Assembly (NCBI GenBank): GCA_963701095.1
Contig: OY969564.1
Span: 1,792,001 to 1,856,000, forward strand
Direction of reading: 5' to 3'
Origin: an uncultured Methanoregulaceae archaeon
GTDB lineage: Archaea; Halobacteriota; Methanomicrobia; Methanomicrobiales; Methanospirillaceae
Length of the DNA stretch: 64,000 nt
The notes under the pieces are model-generated. The model was not told the origin of the DNA, did no database searches, and saw only the letters and a list, made by a program, of their open reading frames with translations. Each line of letters starts with the position of its first letter. Positions within the stretch are counted from its first letter, which is position 1. Made by a program: the position numbers and the translations under genes. Of the stretch, positions 51,814-63,100 are shown in pieces.

Positions 51814-53513
51814 TTAGAATAAGCGGATAAATTTTTTTAACTGTTCGGTGCTTCCTGCAACGATAACTGCATCTCCTTCGTGAAGTATTTCTTCTTCAGT
51901 CGGTGATACAATGACACTTTCGGATCTCTCGATCCCCAAAAATCGGACGCCGCTTTTTCCCGTTACGCTTTTTACCGAGTGCTCAACGGGATGCTGTATT
52001 TGTTTAAGCACGACCATCTCACCGTCTGGAAGATCGATAATGATAGTGACTGTATCCGCGAGAACAATTCTGCCTACAGCCTGTCCGCCAATCCGGGGCA
52101 GCAGCGCGACATAATCTGCCCCCGCCCTGTAGAGTTTATCGACGGACAATGGATCATTTGCCCGGGCAAGGATGCGGATACCGGGATTAAGGTTGCGTGC
52201 CATTAACGTTGTAAAAATATTCACATTGTCATCATTAAGCGCGACAATACAGAACTGGGCCTCTCCGATACGGGCCTCCCTCAAAATCTCCTCGTCCTCA
52301 GCGTTCCCTTCTACCTCGTTCACGTCATACTTTTTTGCATCGACGACGATACAGGATATTCCTGACGCCATCATCTCGGTGTACACTGAAGACCCCACAT
52401 CACCGAATCCTGCGATGACCGCGTGACCGATCTGTTCACGACTTACTTCTAATTCTTCATGAACCGCCCGGCGAATTGCGTCGGCACGCCCAAACAAAAA
52501 AAGCGAGGTCGTCGCATCGATCGTCTCTTCCGTGTCTGGGAGAGAAATGAACCTGCCAGATTTCCAGATAAACGGTACTATAACACCGTACTTACCGTAC
52601 AGATCCAGATCACCGATTTGTTTTCCCTTCGCCTTGCTTTCCACCATAACAGGGATGTGAATTAGCCGGAGGATCTTTTCTGGAAATTCTTCATTATTAA
52701 TGGTAAGGCGGTCGAGCCCGGGGAGGGAAGATTCCGTATCCCCGCCGGATTTAGTATTGCATGCCTTGCAAGGATTCTCCCCGTAATCTGTTTTGGGGAG
52801 AGTACATACTCTGCACCTGCATATCGTAAATACCGGTCAAAGGATACCTTGTCGACGATAGAGATAATCCGTGCTGAAGTTATCCCCCGGATCCCCAGAA
52901 TTATGCTTGCTATTGTGCGTTCATTCTCGCAAAGGATCACGAAATCTGCATTCCTGATCCACGCCTGCTCCCAAGTCTGGGGGTCGTCATATTCACCCCA
53001 TATAACAAATGCCCTCCGGAGGTGTTTGCGGGCAAGGGTACGGGCTGCGGTCTCGTCTTCTTCGACAATGAGTATCTCCTTATCCGAGAGGGACAGACTC
53101 TCCACCAATGCTCTGGATAACTCGCCGTTCCCCACAATGATCGTATGGTGATAGAGAGCATGAGGTGTCTTCCGCGCCGGTCCTGATCGGAGCACTGCTA
53201 CAAGGTAAGGGGTGAGGAGAAGGGGGACGACCATGAAGATCATGATGACACCCGAAAGCATCATGATCGTCGAAAGGATGATTATAGTGTCTGAGTGATA
53301 AGTAAGCAAACTTCCCGTAGTAGTTATGGTTTGAATTACAAAAAGCACCGATTGTGCCCAATCGACCGTTTTTCCCTCAAAATCGGGGTACAATCCGTGA
53401 AATATAACGGTAAAAATTGTTATAAGTAATGCGAATAGCACGAAGTAAATCAGGATCCGCATCTCGACAGACGTTTGAATGATCCGCCAGATCAGGTGTT
53501 TTCTTGATCTCAT
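51814..53513 (-). CDS. Potassium channel/TrkA-family protein with two RCK pairs (frameshift near 52740)
   Basis: TM plus pore-like QTITTTG; IVGNG and IAGFGDVG Rossmann motifs; AGAEYVLSP and AGADYV. Confidence 0.85.
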
Positions 53514-54406
53514 GATTTGGTTCTCTGTCTTATCTTACAGCGGATATCACAAGCTTCACACTTTCCCTCCCCTAGTGGCCAGCCACAAATAGGGCATAGA
53601 GCGGAAGGTTTGCGGGCAAGGGTACGGGCCAGATTTGCGAGAGCGAATTTTGTCGCTGGATGCCTTTCTTCGTAAACATCAAGTTCTTTCTGTGCTTCTG
53701 TTACTGTGGCGCTGCTGTAGGCATAAGGGCATGGATGCAGGAATGAGGAATCAAAAAGATTCGCGTACTGATTTATTTCTTTTGCCGGTATTTCAATAAA
53801 AGGACGTATCACCGGGATTTGTTTTGCGCCTATAGACCACGAGGAAAACAAAGTCTTTTCCACCGAACCAAAAAGAACGTCAGTAAAAAAAGATGTGGCA
53901 ATATCGTCTACAGTGGTGGCAAAGGCGCAAGAGGTGATCCCATGCTCCTGGGCAAGTTCACCAATCAGATCTTTTTTAAGGATATGACAGGCACGACAAG
54001 ATTTTTCCCTACCTTCATACCTAAAGATTTCATCTGCAGTCCTCCCATATCGGTCCGCAAACGAGCCGGAGAACCATTCCACATCGCAGGCAGCGGCTTT
54101 TTCTCGGGCAACCTGTTTGACCTCATACCCAACAATCCCCGGGTCGATAGTAATTGCAGAAAGCCTGATATCCCGGCGATTTGAGGTTAGTTTTGAAAGG
54201 AAGAAAAGGAGAGCTGCACTGGCAGTATCCCCCGATAGTGCAACGGCGATGTGATCTCCCGGATGCAGCCAGCTATACATCCGGACAGTACGTTTGGCCT
54301 TTGCCTCGACATCCTTGGCAAAATGCTCCGGACACAAATATTTTCCAGAATATGGCTGGAAAATAATCGCTTTGTGCCGGCACACAGTGCATTGCATTGG
54401 GGACAA
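53510..54406 (-). CDS. TtuA/TtcA-family (PP-loop) protein with degenerate motifs
   Basis: N-terminal CxxC..CxxH, VALSGDTAS, CRAC, IRPF, CPY, C-terminal CxxC..CxxC. Confidence 0.8.
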   Translation of the reverse strand: MSPMQCTVCRHKAIIFQPYSGKYLCPEHFAKDVEAKAKRTVRMYSWLHPGDHIAVALSGDTASAALLFFLSKLTSNRRDIRLSAITIDPGIVGYEVKQVAREKAAACDVEWFSGSFADRYGRTADEIFRYEGREKSCRACHILKKDLIGELAQEHGITSCAFATTVDDIATSFFTDVLFGSVEKTLFSSWSIGAKQIPVIRPFIEIPAKEINQYANLFDSSFLHPCPYAYSSATVTEAQKELDVYEERHPATKFALANLARTLARKPSALCPICGWPLGEGKCEACDIRCKIRQRTKS

Positions 54407-54513
54407 TCCGATCTGATCTGTATAATTGAAGATGTTTAAAGTTGTGCTGTCCCGGCGGCGGTTTGCATGGTGCCCATGATTTTATAGTCTGCCACATAAC
54501 CACTGTAGCAATC

Positions 54514-55371
54514 ATGGTCGTGTCTCCGGAACGTATCCGAGGCTTGCATAAATACGAGAAGGCAATTCTTGTCGCTCTCGAGCGGTATATGAAGCGATAC
54601 GAGTGGGTGCCGCTCGACAGCCTTATGCAGGCAACGGCACTGTCTGAATCTGAAGTTAATTACCGGTTGTCTCGACTGATTTCATGGGGTATGGTCAGAT
54701 TCAATGCAGTGCCGTATGATGGTTATGCTCTGGTCTTTGGCGGGTATGATACCCTCGCCCTGACAACGCTCACCAAAAAAGGGATCATTTCGGCACTGGG
54801 AGCAAAGATTGGTGAGGGAAAAGAGTCCGTAGTGTACGAGGCGCTCGGTCTTGGGCCGGTAGCGATCAAGTTTCACCGGGTTGGTCAGCGTTCGTTTAAT
54901 ACGGCCCGGGTCAACCGTGAATATATCCCTGAAACTGGCTGCTGCCCTTGGCTTTTTGCCTCAAGGCTCTCGGCTGAACGCGAGTATATGGCGTTATGTA
55001 CCCTGCATCCGAAGGTATCAGTTCCGCTTCCTATAGGCCAGAACCGGAATGCTGTGGTCATGGCAAAGATTTGCGGGCCAGGGCTCTCCCGGTGCCGGCT
55101 CGAGGACCCTGCTGCCACTCTTGAATCAATCATCGCAAATGTCCGGTCTTCGTACCAGGCCGGCATTATTCACGCTGATCTTTCAGAATTCAATATCCTC
55201 ATGGAAGAGGGCAAATGTGTTCTTATCGACTGGCCACAATGGATGGAGACCTCCCACCCAAATGCTATGGAAATTCTTTCACGCGATATTGGTAATATCC
55301 TGTCCTTCTTTGAACGGAAGTACAAACTGGATTATGACATCGGGGAAGCTCTGCGATGCGTGACCGGCTGA
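54514..55371 (+). CDS. rio2: RIO2-type serine/threonine kinase
   Basis: N-terminal wHTH (GY.L...GYD.LAL), IGEGKESVVY, KFHR.G, IHADLSEFNI, IDWPQ. Confidence 0.92.
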   Translation: MVVSPERIRGLHKYEKAILVALERYMKRYEWVPLDSLMQATALSESEVNYRLSRLISWGMVRFNAVPYDGYALVFGGYDTLALTTLTKKGIISALGAKIGEGKESVVYEALGLGPVAIKFHRVGQRSFNTARVNREYIPETGCCPWLFASRLSAEREYMALCTLHPKVSVPLPIGQNRNAVVMAKICGPGLSRCRLEDPAATLESIIANVRSSYQAGIIHADLSEFNILMEEGKCVLIDWPQWMETSHPNAMEILSRDIGNILSFFERKYKLDYDIGEALRCVTG

Positions 55372-57321
55372 GTGTTTTTGGGATCGATATCATAAAAGGC
55401 TCGGTGAGATCTCGATCCCGCAGACCGATGTATGCTCTTGTCAGGCTCGTTGGGCACGAGATAGTCAGCGAGACTACTGTTTCGATGTTCCGGCTTTTCC
55501 GGTTGCTAACTGAGGAAACGCCAGACATCCTTGCGGTAGATAGCCTGCAGGAGATCGCGACTGATCAACACGAGCTCTTCTTTTTTTTGCAAGGTCTTCC
55601 GCCACAGACAAAACTTGTTCAGGTAACCGGTGGTGAGAAAAAGGAGACTCTGGGCAAGGTTGCCGCCCGGTTCAATATCGGCTTTGACCGGTTCGATCCG
55701 TTTGCCGAAGCCCGGACAACGGCCAGAGTGGCTGCGTTAGGAGCCGGGGCAGAAGTTATTGCGTTTGAAAATGAGAGTGAGATCGTAGTAAGCCGGCACC
55801 GTTCCCCTGGTCGTGGTGGATGGAGCCAGAACCGGTATGTCCGAAAGATTCATGGTGCAGTCAGAGCTCAAAGGCCGCGAGATCGAGATGCAGCTTTCAG
55901 CAGCCGGGCTTCGGTACGAGAAAAAAGAGACCAAAGCGTTTGGGGGATGCAGTCGTGTGGTCTTCCGGGTTTTCGCTGTCAGGAGCCAGGTGCAAGTTTC
56001 TACATATCGTGGCGCCGACGTTCAGGTGAGAGTTAGTGGCAAACGCCTCGAGAGGATCCGGTTCCGTCCGCTCTCCGGGAAACCAAGGTACCTAATCGTA
56101 GGTATCGATCCTGGCACGACAACAGCAATCGCCGTTCTCGATCTTGATGGCAATATCCTCCATCTTGAAAGTTCCCGGCAGATGAATATGTCCGGTGTAA
56201 TTGAGGTTTTATACCGGATTGGAAAACCACTTGTTATTGCTTCAGATGTACAGGAGATGCCGTACTCCGTGGAGAAGATCAGAAGGGCATTCTCGGCTGT
56301 ATCTTATACACCACGGCAGGACACTAGCGTAGAGTCCAAACTTGCACTCACTGCTGGACATCCGTATGAAAATGTTCATGAGCGGGACGCCCTTGCTGCA
56401 GCGCTCATTGCAAATCTCCAGTACCAGAACAAGTTCCGGAACCTCGTCAAAAGGGTACCTCCAGGCCATGATCTTGATGAAGTCAGGGCCCGGGTAATCC
56501 GGGGTCAGGCACTTGACCAGGTACTTATTGACCTGAATGCAGTCGTACCTGCAACTCCTGCGGAAGAAGCCCCTGCGGCCCCGATCCAAGCCCGGCATGA
56601 TGAACGTGTCCGAATGCTCGATGGAATGGTAAAACGGCTGCGTACATATATAGCTGAACTTCAGGAAGAGATCAAGGCTAAAGAATATGAGATCCACCGC
56701 CTTCAGGCACGGCTCCGTAATATGAACGATCGCCGGGAAGAACAGATAGCAAAAGACGGGGAAGTAGCAAAACGCGACGCAATCATCCAGAGCCTGAAAA
56801 AAAGACTCAGGAAAGAGGAACGTCACAGCCGAACGCTCGCAAAACGAGTGGAACGGATCAGGACATTTGCCGAGCTCTCTGTTGATGGCGCGGCACTTCC
56901 GGTTAAGGTTCTAGATGCACTCACAAAAGAGGGTTTGCGACGACTCATGGAGGATACCGGCATAAGCGAAGGAGAGATAGTATATGTACAGCGCACTAGC
57001 GGCTGGGGACGCAGTGTGGTCAGGGATCTTGCCGATTTACGTATCCGGGCCCTTATCACGCCTTCTATCGGTGAAAGTGATCCTCAGATACTCACAACGT
57101 TCCGGGAAGCCGGTATTCCTCTTCTAGCTGGAGCTGAATACCGGTGTTCAGGTTCGGGGGAGGCAGGGTCTTGCGCCAAAAGACCGATTCGACGCCACTC
57201 TCCGATTATGGCAGGAAGAACAGGTTCAGTTTTTACGAGAAAAAGAATCCAGCCGGATCGAGCACATGTTCAAGGAGTATAAAAGCGAACGGGGCAAGGA
57301 AGTACGCAAGGGGGGAGTTGA
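55356..57321 (+). CDS. DUF460-domain protein (RNase H-like fold plus coiled coil), several frameshifts
   Basis: RSPGRGGWSQNRYVRKIH, IVGIDPGTTTAIAVLDLDG, HERDALAAA, long coiled coil. Confidence 0.82.
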
Positions 57322-57323
57322 CC

Positions 57324-58186
57324 ATGGATGACCGGGAACTTTTAAAAACCGTGATGGCGGTAGTTGGTGAAGAAAATTGCAGAGATGATTGTGCTGTGCT
57401 TTTATGTGGGAACCAGGTGATGGTTGCGACTACAGATATGCTTCATAGGACGACTGATTTCGTGGACGGGATGACTGACTGGCAGATAGGCTGGATGAGC
57501 GCCGCAGTCACTATCAGTGATATCGCGAGCATGGGAGCGGCACCAAAATATGTTCTTATCGCTGTTGGACTTTCCCGTTGGGAACAACTTTCCGGTATTA
57601 TGCAGGGAGCACAGGACTGCTGCAAAAAATACGGTGCCGCAATTGTCGGGGGAGACATTGACCACCATGATGAACTCACCGTGGTAACTACTGGTCTGGG
57701 GCTTACCGATCAACGATATCTCGTCCACCGCACCGGCGCCAGACCCGGAGATCTCGTATGTATCACCGGGATACCCGGTCAGGCACAAGCATGGCTTGAA
57801 GGGTACCTGCAGTTCGAAAAAGCGCTTTTCGAGCCTCAACCCCGGTGAAAGAAGGCCAAAAACTTGCCCGCCGGGGAGTTTCAGCGATGATGGACGATAG
57901 TGACGGCATTGCACTCTCTCTCTACGATCTTTTGAGTGTCAATTCCTGTGGATTCTCTGTTGATCCTGAAAAACTGCCTCTTCCTTCGGGCATCCCGGAG
58001 GAGAAAGCGAGGAAATTTGCGTTATATGGCGGAGGGGATTATGAGCTCATTTTTACCCTGCCTCCTGAAAAATTTCCAATACCTGAAGTGCCATGTACTG
58101 TAATCGGAAAAGCGATCCCGGAAAAGGTCGTGATCGCCGGAGGGAAATCCATGGAAAAACGAGGGTATCAGCATAAGTGGACATGA
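57324..58186 (+). CDS. thiL: Thiamine-phosphate kinase (frameshift near 57845)
   Basis: DDCAV, SDIASMGA.P, VGGD, GARPGD, PQPR, MDDSDG, GGDYEL. Confidence 0.92.
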
Positions 58187-58269
58187 CCCCTAACGAACAA
58201 ATGGCTTACGGAGTCTCTTAATACAAATAACAAAAGATACTGATCAGAAACAGTCCTAATCTACCCACT

Positions 58270-58728
58270 ATGGATCCACTGGAAAACAAACTTGATCGCC
58301 TTTCTCCCGAGCAACGCCGGGAAGTTGAGGATTTTGTAGATTTTCTGATCCAGCGGGCGGAGGGTATCCGGGTGACAATCCAGCTGGCATCGCATGATGC
58401 TTCCCAGCCATTAAAATCTGTTGCTCCACCACTCATTTCTCCTGATCCGATTTTGTCAGATGACGCTTCAGTGCCCCCTATGAGGGATGTGAATAATTCG
58501 TCTGCGGCATTTCCTCCGACCCATGAAGTACTTGTTCATGAGATTGCCGGAACCGATGGAGAAAACACATCTGAGGAGTACTTCGAATACGGAAAATTCG
58601 AGAAATCACCCTCACCGGCGCTATTTCCTCCCTCTCCTGCAGATGCGGCAGTGCAGAAGGTCAAGAAAAAACTAATCCAAAAAAGCGAACAGGTGTCAAA
58701 AGACAAGTTCCTCGATTGGATTGATTGA
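58270..58728 (+). CDS. DUF2281-like domain protein with low-complexity tail
   Basis: LDRLSPEQRREVEDFVDFL N-terminus; ends LDWID. Confidence 0.6.
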   Translation: MDPLENKLDRLSPEQRREVEDFVDFLIQRAEGIRVTIQLASHDASQPLKSVAPPLISPDPILSDDASVPPMRDVNNSSAAFPPTHEVLVHEIAGTDGENTSEEYFEYGKFEKSPSPALFPPSPADAAVQKVKKKLIQKSEQVSKDKFLDWID

Positions 58729-58808
58729 AACACCCGCTATTTATAAATGAATTTGCCAGATCGGTGTTTTTCCCTATTGGTATTAAAGAAATTAATCTCG
58801 AAAAATGA

Positions 58809-58880
58809 TGGACTCGACGGGATTCGAACCCGTGGCCTTCACGTTGCAAACGTGACGATCTACCCCTGATCTACGAGCCC
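58809..58880 (-). tRNA. tRNA-Ala(TGC)
   Basis: GGGCTCGTAGATCAGGGGTAGATCGTCACGTTTGCAACGTGAAGGCCACGGGTTCGAATCCCGTCGAGTCCA; G3:U70 pair; no encoded CCA. Confidence 0.96.
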
Positions 58881-59218
58881 TTTGTGCGGCATATACTTTT
58901 TCCGCCGATTCCATATAGTTGTTACTGATCGTGCCAGAAAATCTTCATGAGAATCTTCCTCTCTCTTAAGGCTGCTTCCGATAGAGCGAATGAACAGTGG
59001 CAATCGCCCCTAAAATCACTGCAATACTGCCAATCACTGCTGATATGACTGTAGGCCCGTCCAGATCGAAGAGTTTTCTGTCGGAACCGTCGTACCAAAA
59101 CAGGTGTTGGTACCACAAGGTTGCGGATAGAGAGTGATCCGAATGCGGTTGTAGCCTCACGTTTACAACCTGAACAGAAGTTTCGAAGCCAGACTTATTT
59201 TAATTTAAGGAAAACAGA

Positions 59219-59290
59219 TGGACCCGGCGGGAATTGAACCCGCGGCCTTTACGTTGCGAACGTAACGATCTACCCCTGATCTACGAGCCC
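59219..59290 (-). tRNA. tRNA-Ala(CGC)
   Basis: GGGCTCGTAGATCAGGGGTAGATCGTTACGTTCGCAACGTAAAGGCCGCGGGTTCAATTCCCGCCGGGTCCA; G3:U70 pair. Confidence 0.96.
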
Positions 59291-59400
59291 GGTATATGTT
59301 TGGATTATAATGTTTTAACTCTGGCAATATAGTTATTGTCGTCTTGCAATGCAATACACCACTGACAGATCATACGAAGGGACTAAAAAAGGAATTGGTA

Positions 59401-60405
59401 TCAGAGGATAATCTCGATGTCGAGCTTCTCTGCAAGTTCCTTGTACCGGTTCCGGATAGTTACTTCTGTGACCCCGGCAACCTCCGCCACTTCACGCTGA
59501 GTCCGCCTTTCGCCGCCGAGAATGGACGAGATATAGATGGCTGCAGCGGCAACGCCGGTCGGACCTCTTCCGCTCGTCAGCTCGCGTTCCCCTGCCTGCC
59601 TCAGGATTTCAACTGCCCGGCTCTGGACCTCTCCTTTCAGCGTGAGGCCGGAACAGAATCGGGGCACATAATCGATGGGGGAGGTCGGAAGCAGCTTTAA
59701 TCCTAGTTCACGGGAAATAAATCGGTAGGTTCTGCCAATTTCTTTTCTTGAAACCCGTGATACTTCAGCAATTTCATCTAGAGTTCGGGGCACACTACAT
59801 TGACGGCAGGCCGCGTATAATGCAGCTGCCGCGACTCCTTCGATACTTCGACCACGTATCAGGTTTTTATCAACTGCATCACGATACACCACTGCAGCGG
59901 TCTCCCTTACATTTCGTGGAAGACCGAGCGCTGATGCCATACGGTCAAGTTCCGATAATGCAAAGGCAAGGTTTCTTTCTGTTGCGTTGCTTACACGGAT
60001 CCGGCGCTGCCATTTGCGGAGACGATAAAGCTGGGCACGGTTTTTCGAAGAGATTGCCCGGCCATACGAATCCCGGTTTCTCCAATCGATCATTGTCGAG
60101 AGCCCTTTATCGTGAATGGTAAAGGTCATCGGGGCACCGACACGGGATCGTTTCATCCGCTGGTCATGGTCGAATGCACGCCATTCGGGGCCGCGGTCGA
60201 TGAAGTCATCATCGATTACGAGTCCACACGCTTGGCATACCAGCTCCGCGCGTTCGTAATCATGGACAAGCTGTCTGCTTCCACATTCCGGGCAAACGGT
60301 TTCGGTATGATTTTCTGCCTTCTTTTCCTGCTCTTTAACTTTTATTCGGGATTTAAGCGCTTCTCTCTCACTCTGGAGAAGTTTTAATTTCTCAACTTCC
60401 TGCAT
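59401..60405 (-). CDS. tfb: Transcription initiation factor IIB
   Basis: CPECG..CQACG zinc ribbon, [25 protein letters not shown]. Confidence 0.98.
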   Translation of the reverse strand: MQEVEKLKLLQSEREALKSRIKVKEQEKKAENHTETVCPECGSRQLVHDYERAELVCQACGLVIDDDFIDRGPEWRAFDHDQRMKRSRVGAPMTFTIHDKGLSTMIDWRNRDSYGRAISSKNRAQLYRLRKWQRRIRVSNATERNLAFALSELDRMASALGLPRNVRETAAVVYRDAVDKNLIRGRSIEGVAAAALYAACRQCSVPRTLDEIAEVSRVSRKEIGRTYRFISRELGLKLLPTSPIDYVPRFCSGLTLKGEVQSRAVEILRQAGERELTSGRGPTGVAAAAIYISSILGGERRTQREVAEVAGVTEVTIRNRYKELAEKLDIEIIL

Positions 60406-60420
60406 CCGGATTCACCAATT

Positions 60421-60699
60421 TTATCTTGTTATTGTTCTGGGCGTTCTCACGTGGGGGGTTGCGGAGGCGTGGGACTCCTTCGCATAGACTTTCTCGCCAA
60501 CTTTGACGCAGCATGGACCGTGGGAAAGGATAAGGGCATATGGCAGTTTTACGTTCCCGAAGACATCCATGATCTTGCCCACTGGTTTTGTCTTCCGATC
60601 CATTACTTCACTATACAACCCCGGGAGCTGGGCGGCATCACACTGAATGATAAGCATCCTGCTTCCGTAGGTGCTCATCGCTCGGCCAATAACTTTCAC
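60421..60699 (-). CDS. gar1: H/ACA RNP protein Gar1
   Basis: V.D...K.VGKI.DVFGNV..PY; conserved position next to tfb. Confidence 0.8.
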   Translation of the reverse strand: MKVIGRAMSTYGSRMLIIQCDAAQLPGLYSEVMDRKTKPVGKIMDVFGNVKLPYALILSHGPCCVKVGEKVYAKESHASATPHVRTPRTITR

Positions 60700-60805
60700 A
60701 CAACAACCTCGAAGGGGGGTATACAAAGTACTAATGTAGTTTAGTAATCTATATATGTAAGACTCTACGGTATTTAAATTTTCCGTGAAAGTATAAATAG
60801 AAATT

Positions 60806-61459
60806 TCAGAATCGGAGGAACTGATCGATATTTAAAGATATAATTTCAGCGGTTTCTGACAAGGTCAACCCTGCACCTATTGCGACATTTTCTTTGCTTT
60901 TTTTGTCGAGCAAATCATATGGAGAATGTGCATCCGAATCTACAACAAGCTGGCACGAAACTTCGCGGGCAATACGGACTACGTGGCCATTAGTACGGTT
61001 GTGCCCGCCGCGTGATGTGATCTCCAGGGCGATACCGTTTTCCTGTGCGAGCCGAGCATCTTCATGTGATATCAGGCCCGGGTGGGCAAGTACATTAACA
61101 TCAGGACAAGTACAGGCTGCATGATTGGTGCCAGGTGCTACTGGTTCAACGGTCGTCTCTCCGTGAACAACGATGATTTCTGCTCCAGCTTTCCGGGCTT
61201 GCCGGGCGACTGAGGCGATTTGAGATGGAGGTACATGAGTGATCTCGACACCGCACAGAAGTCTGATGCCAAAAAGCCGGGCGGACTCCTGCACTTCGAG
61301 GAGTGTCGTCACAACCGGTGTGGCATTGGATGTATCGACATGGTCGGTAATAGCGACAGTAGAATACCCTATTACTGCCATACGCCTCACCAGTTCAGTG
61401 GGAAGCATTTCGCCATCTGAAAGGATAGTATGCGTATGGAGATCATATAATCCGGTCAT
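60806..61459 (-). CDS. PHP-family phosphoesterase (histidinol-phosphatase-like)
   Basis: DLHTHT..SDG, ITDH, LAHPG, DSDAH. Confidence 0.9.
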   Translation of the reverse strand: MTGLYDLHTHTILSDGEMLPTELVRRMAVIGYSTVAITDHVDTSNATPVVTTLLEVQESARLFGIRLLCGVEITHVPPSQIASVARQARKAGAEIIVVHGETTVEPVAPGTNHAACTCPDVNVLAHPGLISHEDARLAQENGIALEITSRGGHNRTNGHVVRIAREVSCQLVVDSDAHSPYDLLDKKSKENVAIGAGLTLSETAEIISLNIDQFLRF

Positions 61460-61731
61460 CGTTTTAACTCCATAGCGCGGGCGACTTTCTTAATGAGCGC
61501 TTCTTTTTTCCCTGTCCAGGTTGCTACAACTCTTCCCTCGTGCCGGAACCAGTGAGCCGGGTGGTGGTGCTCTTCGATCTGGCTTGAAATATCCAAGCGT
61601 TTTAATGCCCTCTCGATATCGCCAGCACTTGGCCCTTTCGCGCCCAGAGAACGGGGAACCCTGCGTCCCTCTTCTCGGGAGAGTGTTGCGTTGAAATAGC
61701 AGGGATACAGGATGCGCTCGCCTTTATCCAT
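61456..61731 (-). CDS. srp19: Signal recognition particle protein SRP19
   Basis: LYPCYFN..LSR.EGRRVP, HP..W..GRV. Confidence 0.92.
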   Translation of the reverse strand: MDKGERILYPCYFNATLSREEGRRVPRSLGAKGPSAGDIERALKRLDISSQIEEHHHPAHWFRHEGRVVATWTGKKEALIKKVARAMELKR

Positions 61732-61780
61732 CGTTTAAACGTATGAGGGTCAAGATATAAACACTGTCCGCTCAAAAAGT

Positions 61781-62434
61781 ATGGGTATGCACCATATCGA
61801 CGTCAGGATGGAAAAAGATGTTTACGACGTCAATAACGCGATTGCCGATGAAAATGCCCGGCACCTGAAGGGTCATGGGATACGTGCCTTTGATCTGCTT
61901 GGCGCTATTGGCTCGGGAAAGACTGCACTTATTGAGCGTCTCGTTCCCTTACTTAAAGAAAAGGGGCTCCGGGCCGGCGCTATCGCCGGCGATGTTTATG
62001 GCGATGATGATTTTCAGAGGATCATAAAACAAGGGATTCCTGCTTATAACGCAAATACCGGCAAAGAGTGCCACCTCGATGCGCACCTTGTGGAACATGC
62101 TATTGAGCACCTACCTCTCAATGATATCGATATTTTGTTTATCGAAAACGTTGGTAATATGGTCTGCCCCACAGACTTCCGGCTTGGAGCGGAAAAAAGG
62201 ATAGTAATCGTCAGCTCAACTGAAGGTGACGATGTCGTCAATAAACACCCTATGATGTTCAGGGATTGCACAATTGGTGTCATCAACAAGGTTGACCTCG
62301 CACCCCTTGTCGGAGCGAATATTACTCGGATGGAAGCCGATATCCACCGATACAACCCGAAGATGCCGGTTTTTAAAACCAATATGAAAACAGGAGAAAA
62401 TGTTGCAGAGCTTCTTGATGCCATCCTGGCTTAA
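61781..62434 (+). CDS. hypB: Hydrogenase nickel incorporation GTPase HypB
   Basis: GAIGSGKT, CHLDA, ENVGNMVCP, EGDD...KHP, NKVD. Confidence 0.96.
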   Translation: MGMHHIDVRMEKDVYDVNNAIADENARHLKGHGIRAFDLLGAIGSGKTALIERLVPLLKEKGLRAGAIAGDVYGDDDFQRIIKQGIPAYNANTGKECHLDAHLVEHAIEHLPLNDIDILFIENVGNMVCPTDFRLGAEKRIVIVSSTEGDDVVNKHPMMFRDCTIGVINKVDLAPLVGANITRMEADIHRYNPKMPVFKTNMKTGENVAELLDAILA

Positions 62435-62549
62435 TAAAGAAATGAATCCCTGATTGGGAAATAGTATAAATAACTCCGGAGGGGAATATGTATAGCACCA
62501 TTTCCGGAAAAAGAAATGGTTCCGGAAAAAATCATAAAGGAGTAATACT

Positions 62550-62927
62550 ATGCTCTGGCAGGGAGAATCAATACGGAAGGTAACCGGTGGCAGGCGCCGT
62601 CCGGCACAGGGAAAGCGGAGATTTGAAATTGGGCTCGCACCAGCTGACACCCATATTGGCGAAGAACGGTCAAAAATTGTCAGGATCACGGGCGGAAACA
62701 CCAAAGTCAGATCAATGCGTGCACAATATGCAAATGTCACCCGTCTGTCTAATGGAGAAACTAAAAAAGTAAAGATTGAGAATGTTGAAGAAAACGGGGC
62801 AAACCCAAACTACGTCCGGCGGAACCTTCTCACAAAAGGCGCGATTGTCAAGACAGAGATAGGACGTGCCCGGATCATGAGCCGCCCCGGTCAGGACGGC
62901 ATCATTAACGCAGTGTTACTCGAATAA
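62550..62927 (+). CDS. rps8e: 30S ribosomal protein S8e
   Basis: RK.TGG, GGN.K.R, RRN.LTKGAI, SRPGQDG.INAV. Confidence 0.97.
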   Translation: MLWQGESIRKVTGGRRRPAQGKRRFEIGLAPADTHIGEERSKIVRITGGNTKVRSMRAQYANVTRLSNGETKKVKIENVEENGANPNYVRRNLLTKGAIVKTEIGRARIMSRPGQDGIINAVLLE

Positions 62928-63100
62928 ATGACAATGTATATTCTTTTTTCTCGTATTGAGTAATTGGTTCCGATTGGGCAAAGATCTAGCATAAAGGATT
63001 GCATCAATTGTTTTTTTAGGTTATACTATCTCATAATTTAACCATGCGAAGGATCTATTATCGTTACCCGCAGCGGGTGGATCTCTCGTTTGCGATAGGA

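Noticed and set aside
58661..58849. 62-aa ORF overlapping tRNA-Ala
   Set aside because: Spurious translation of the tRNA sequence.
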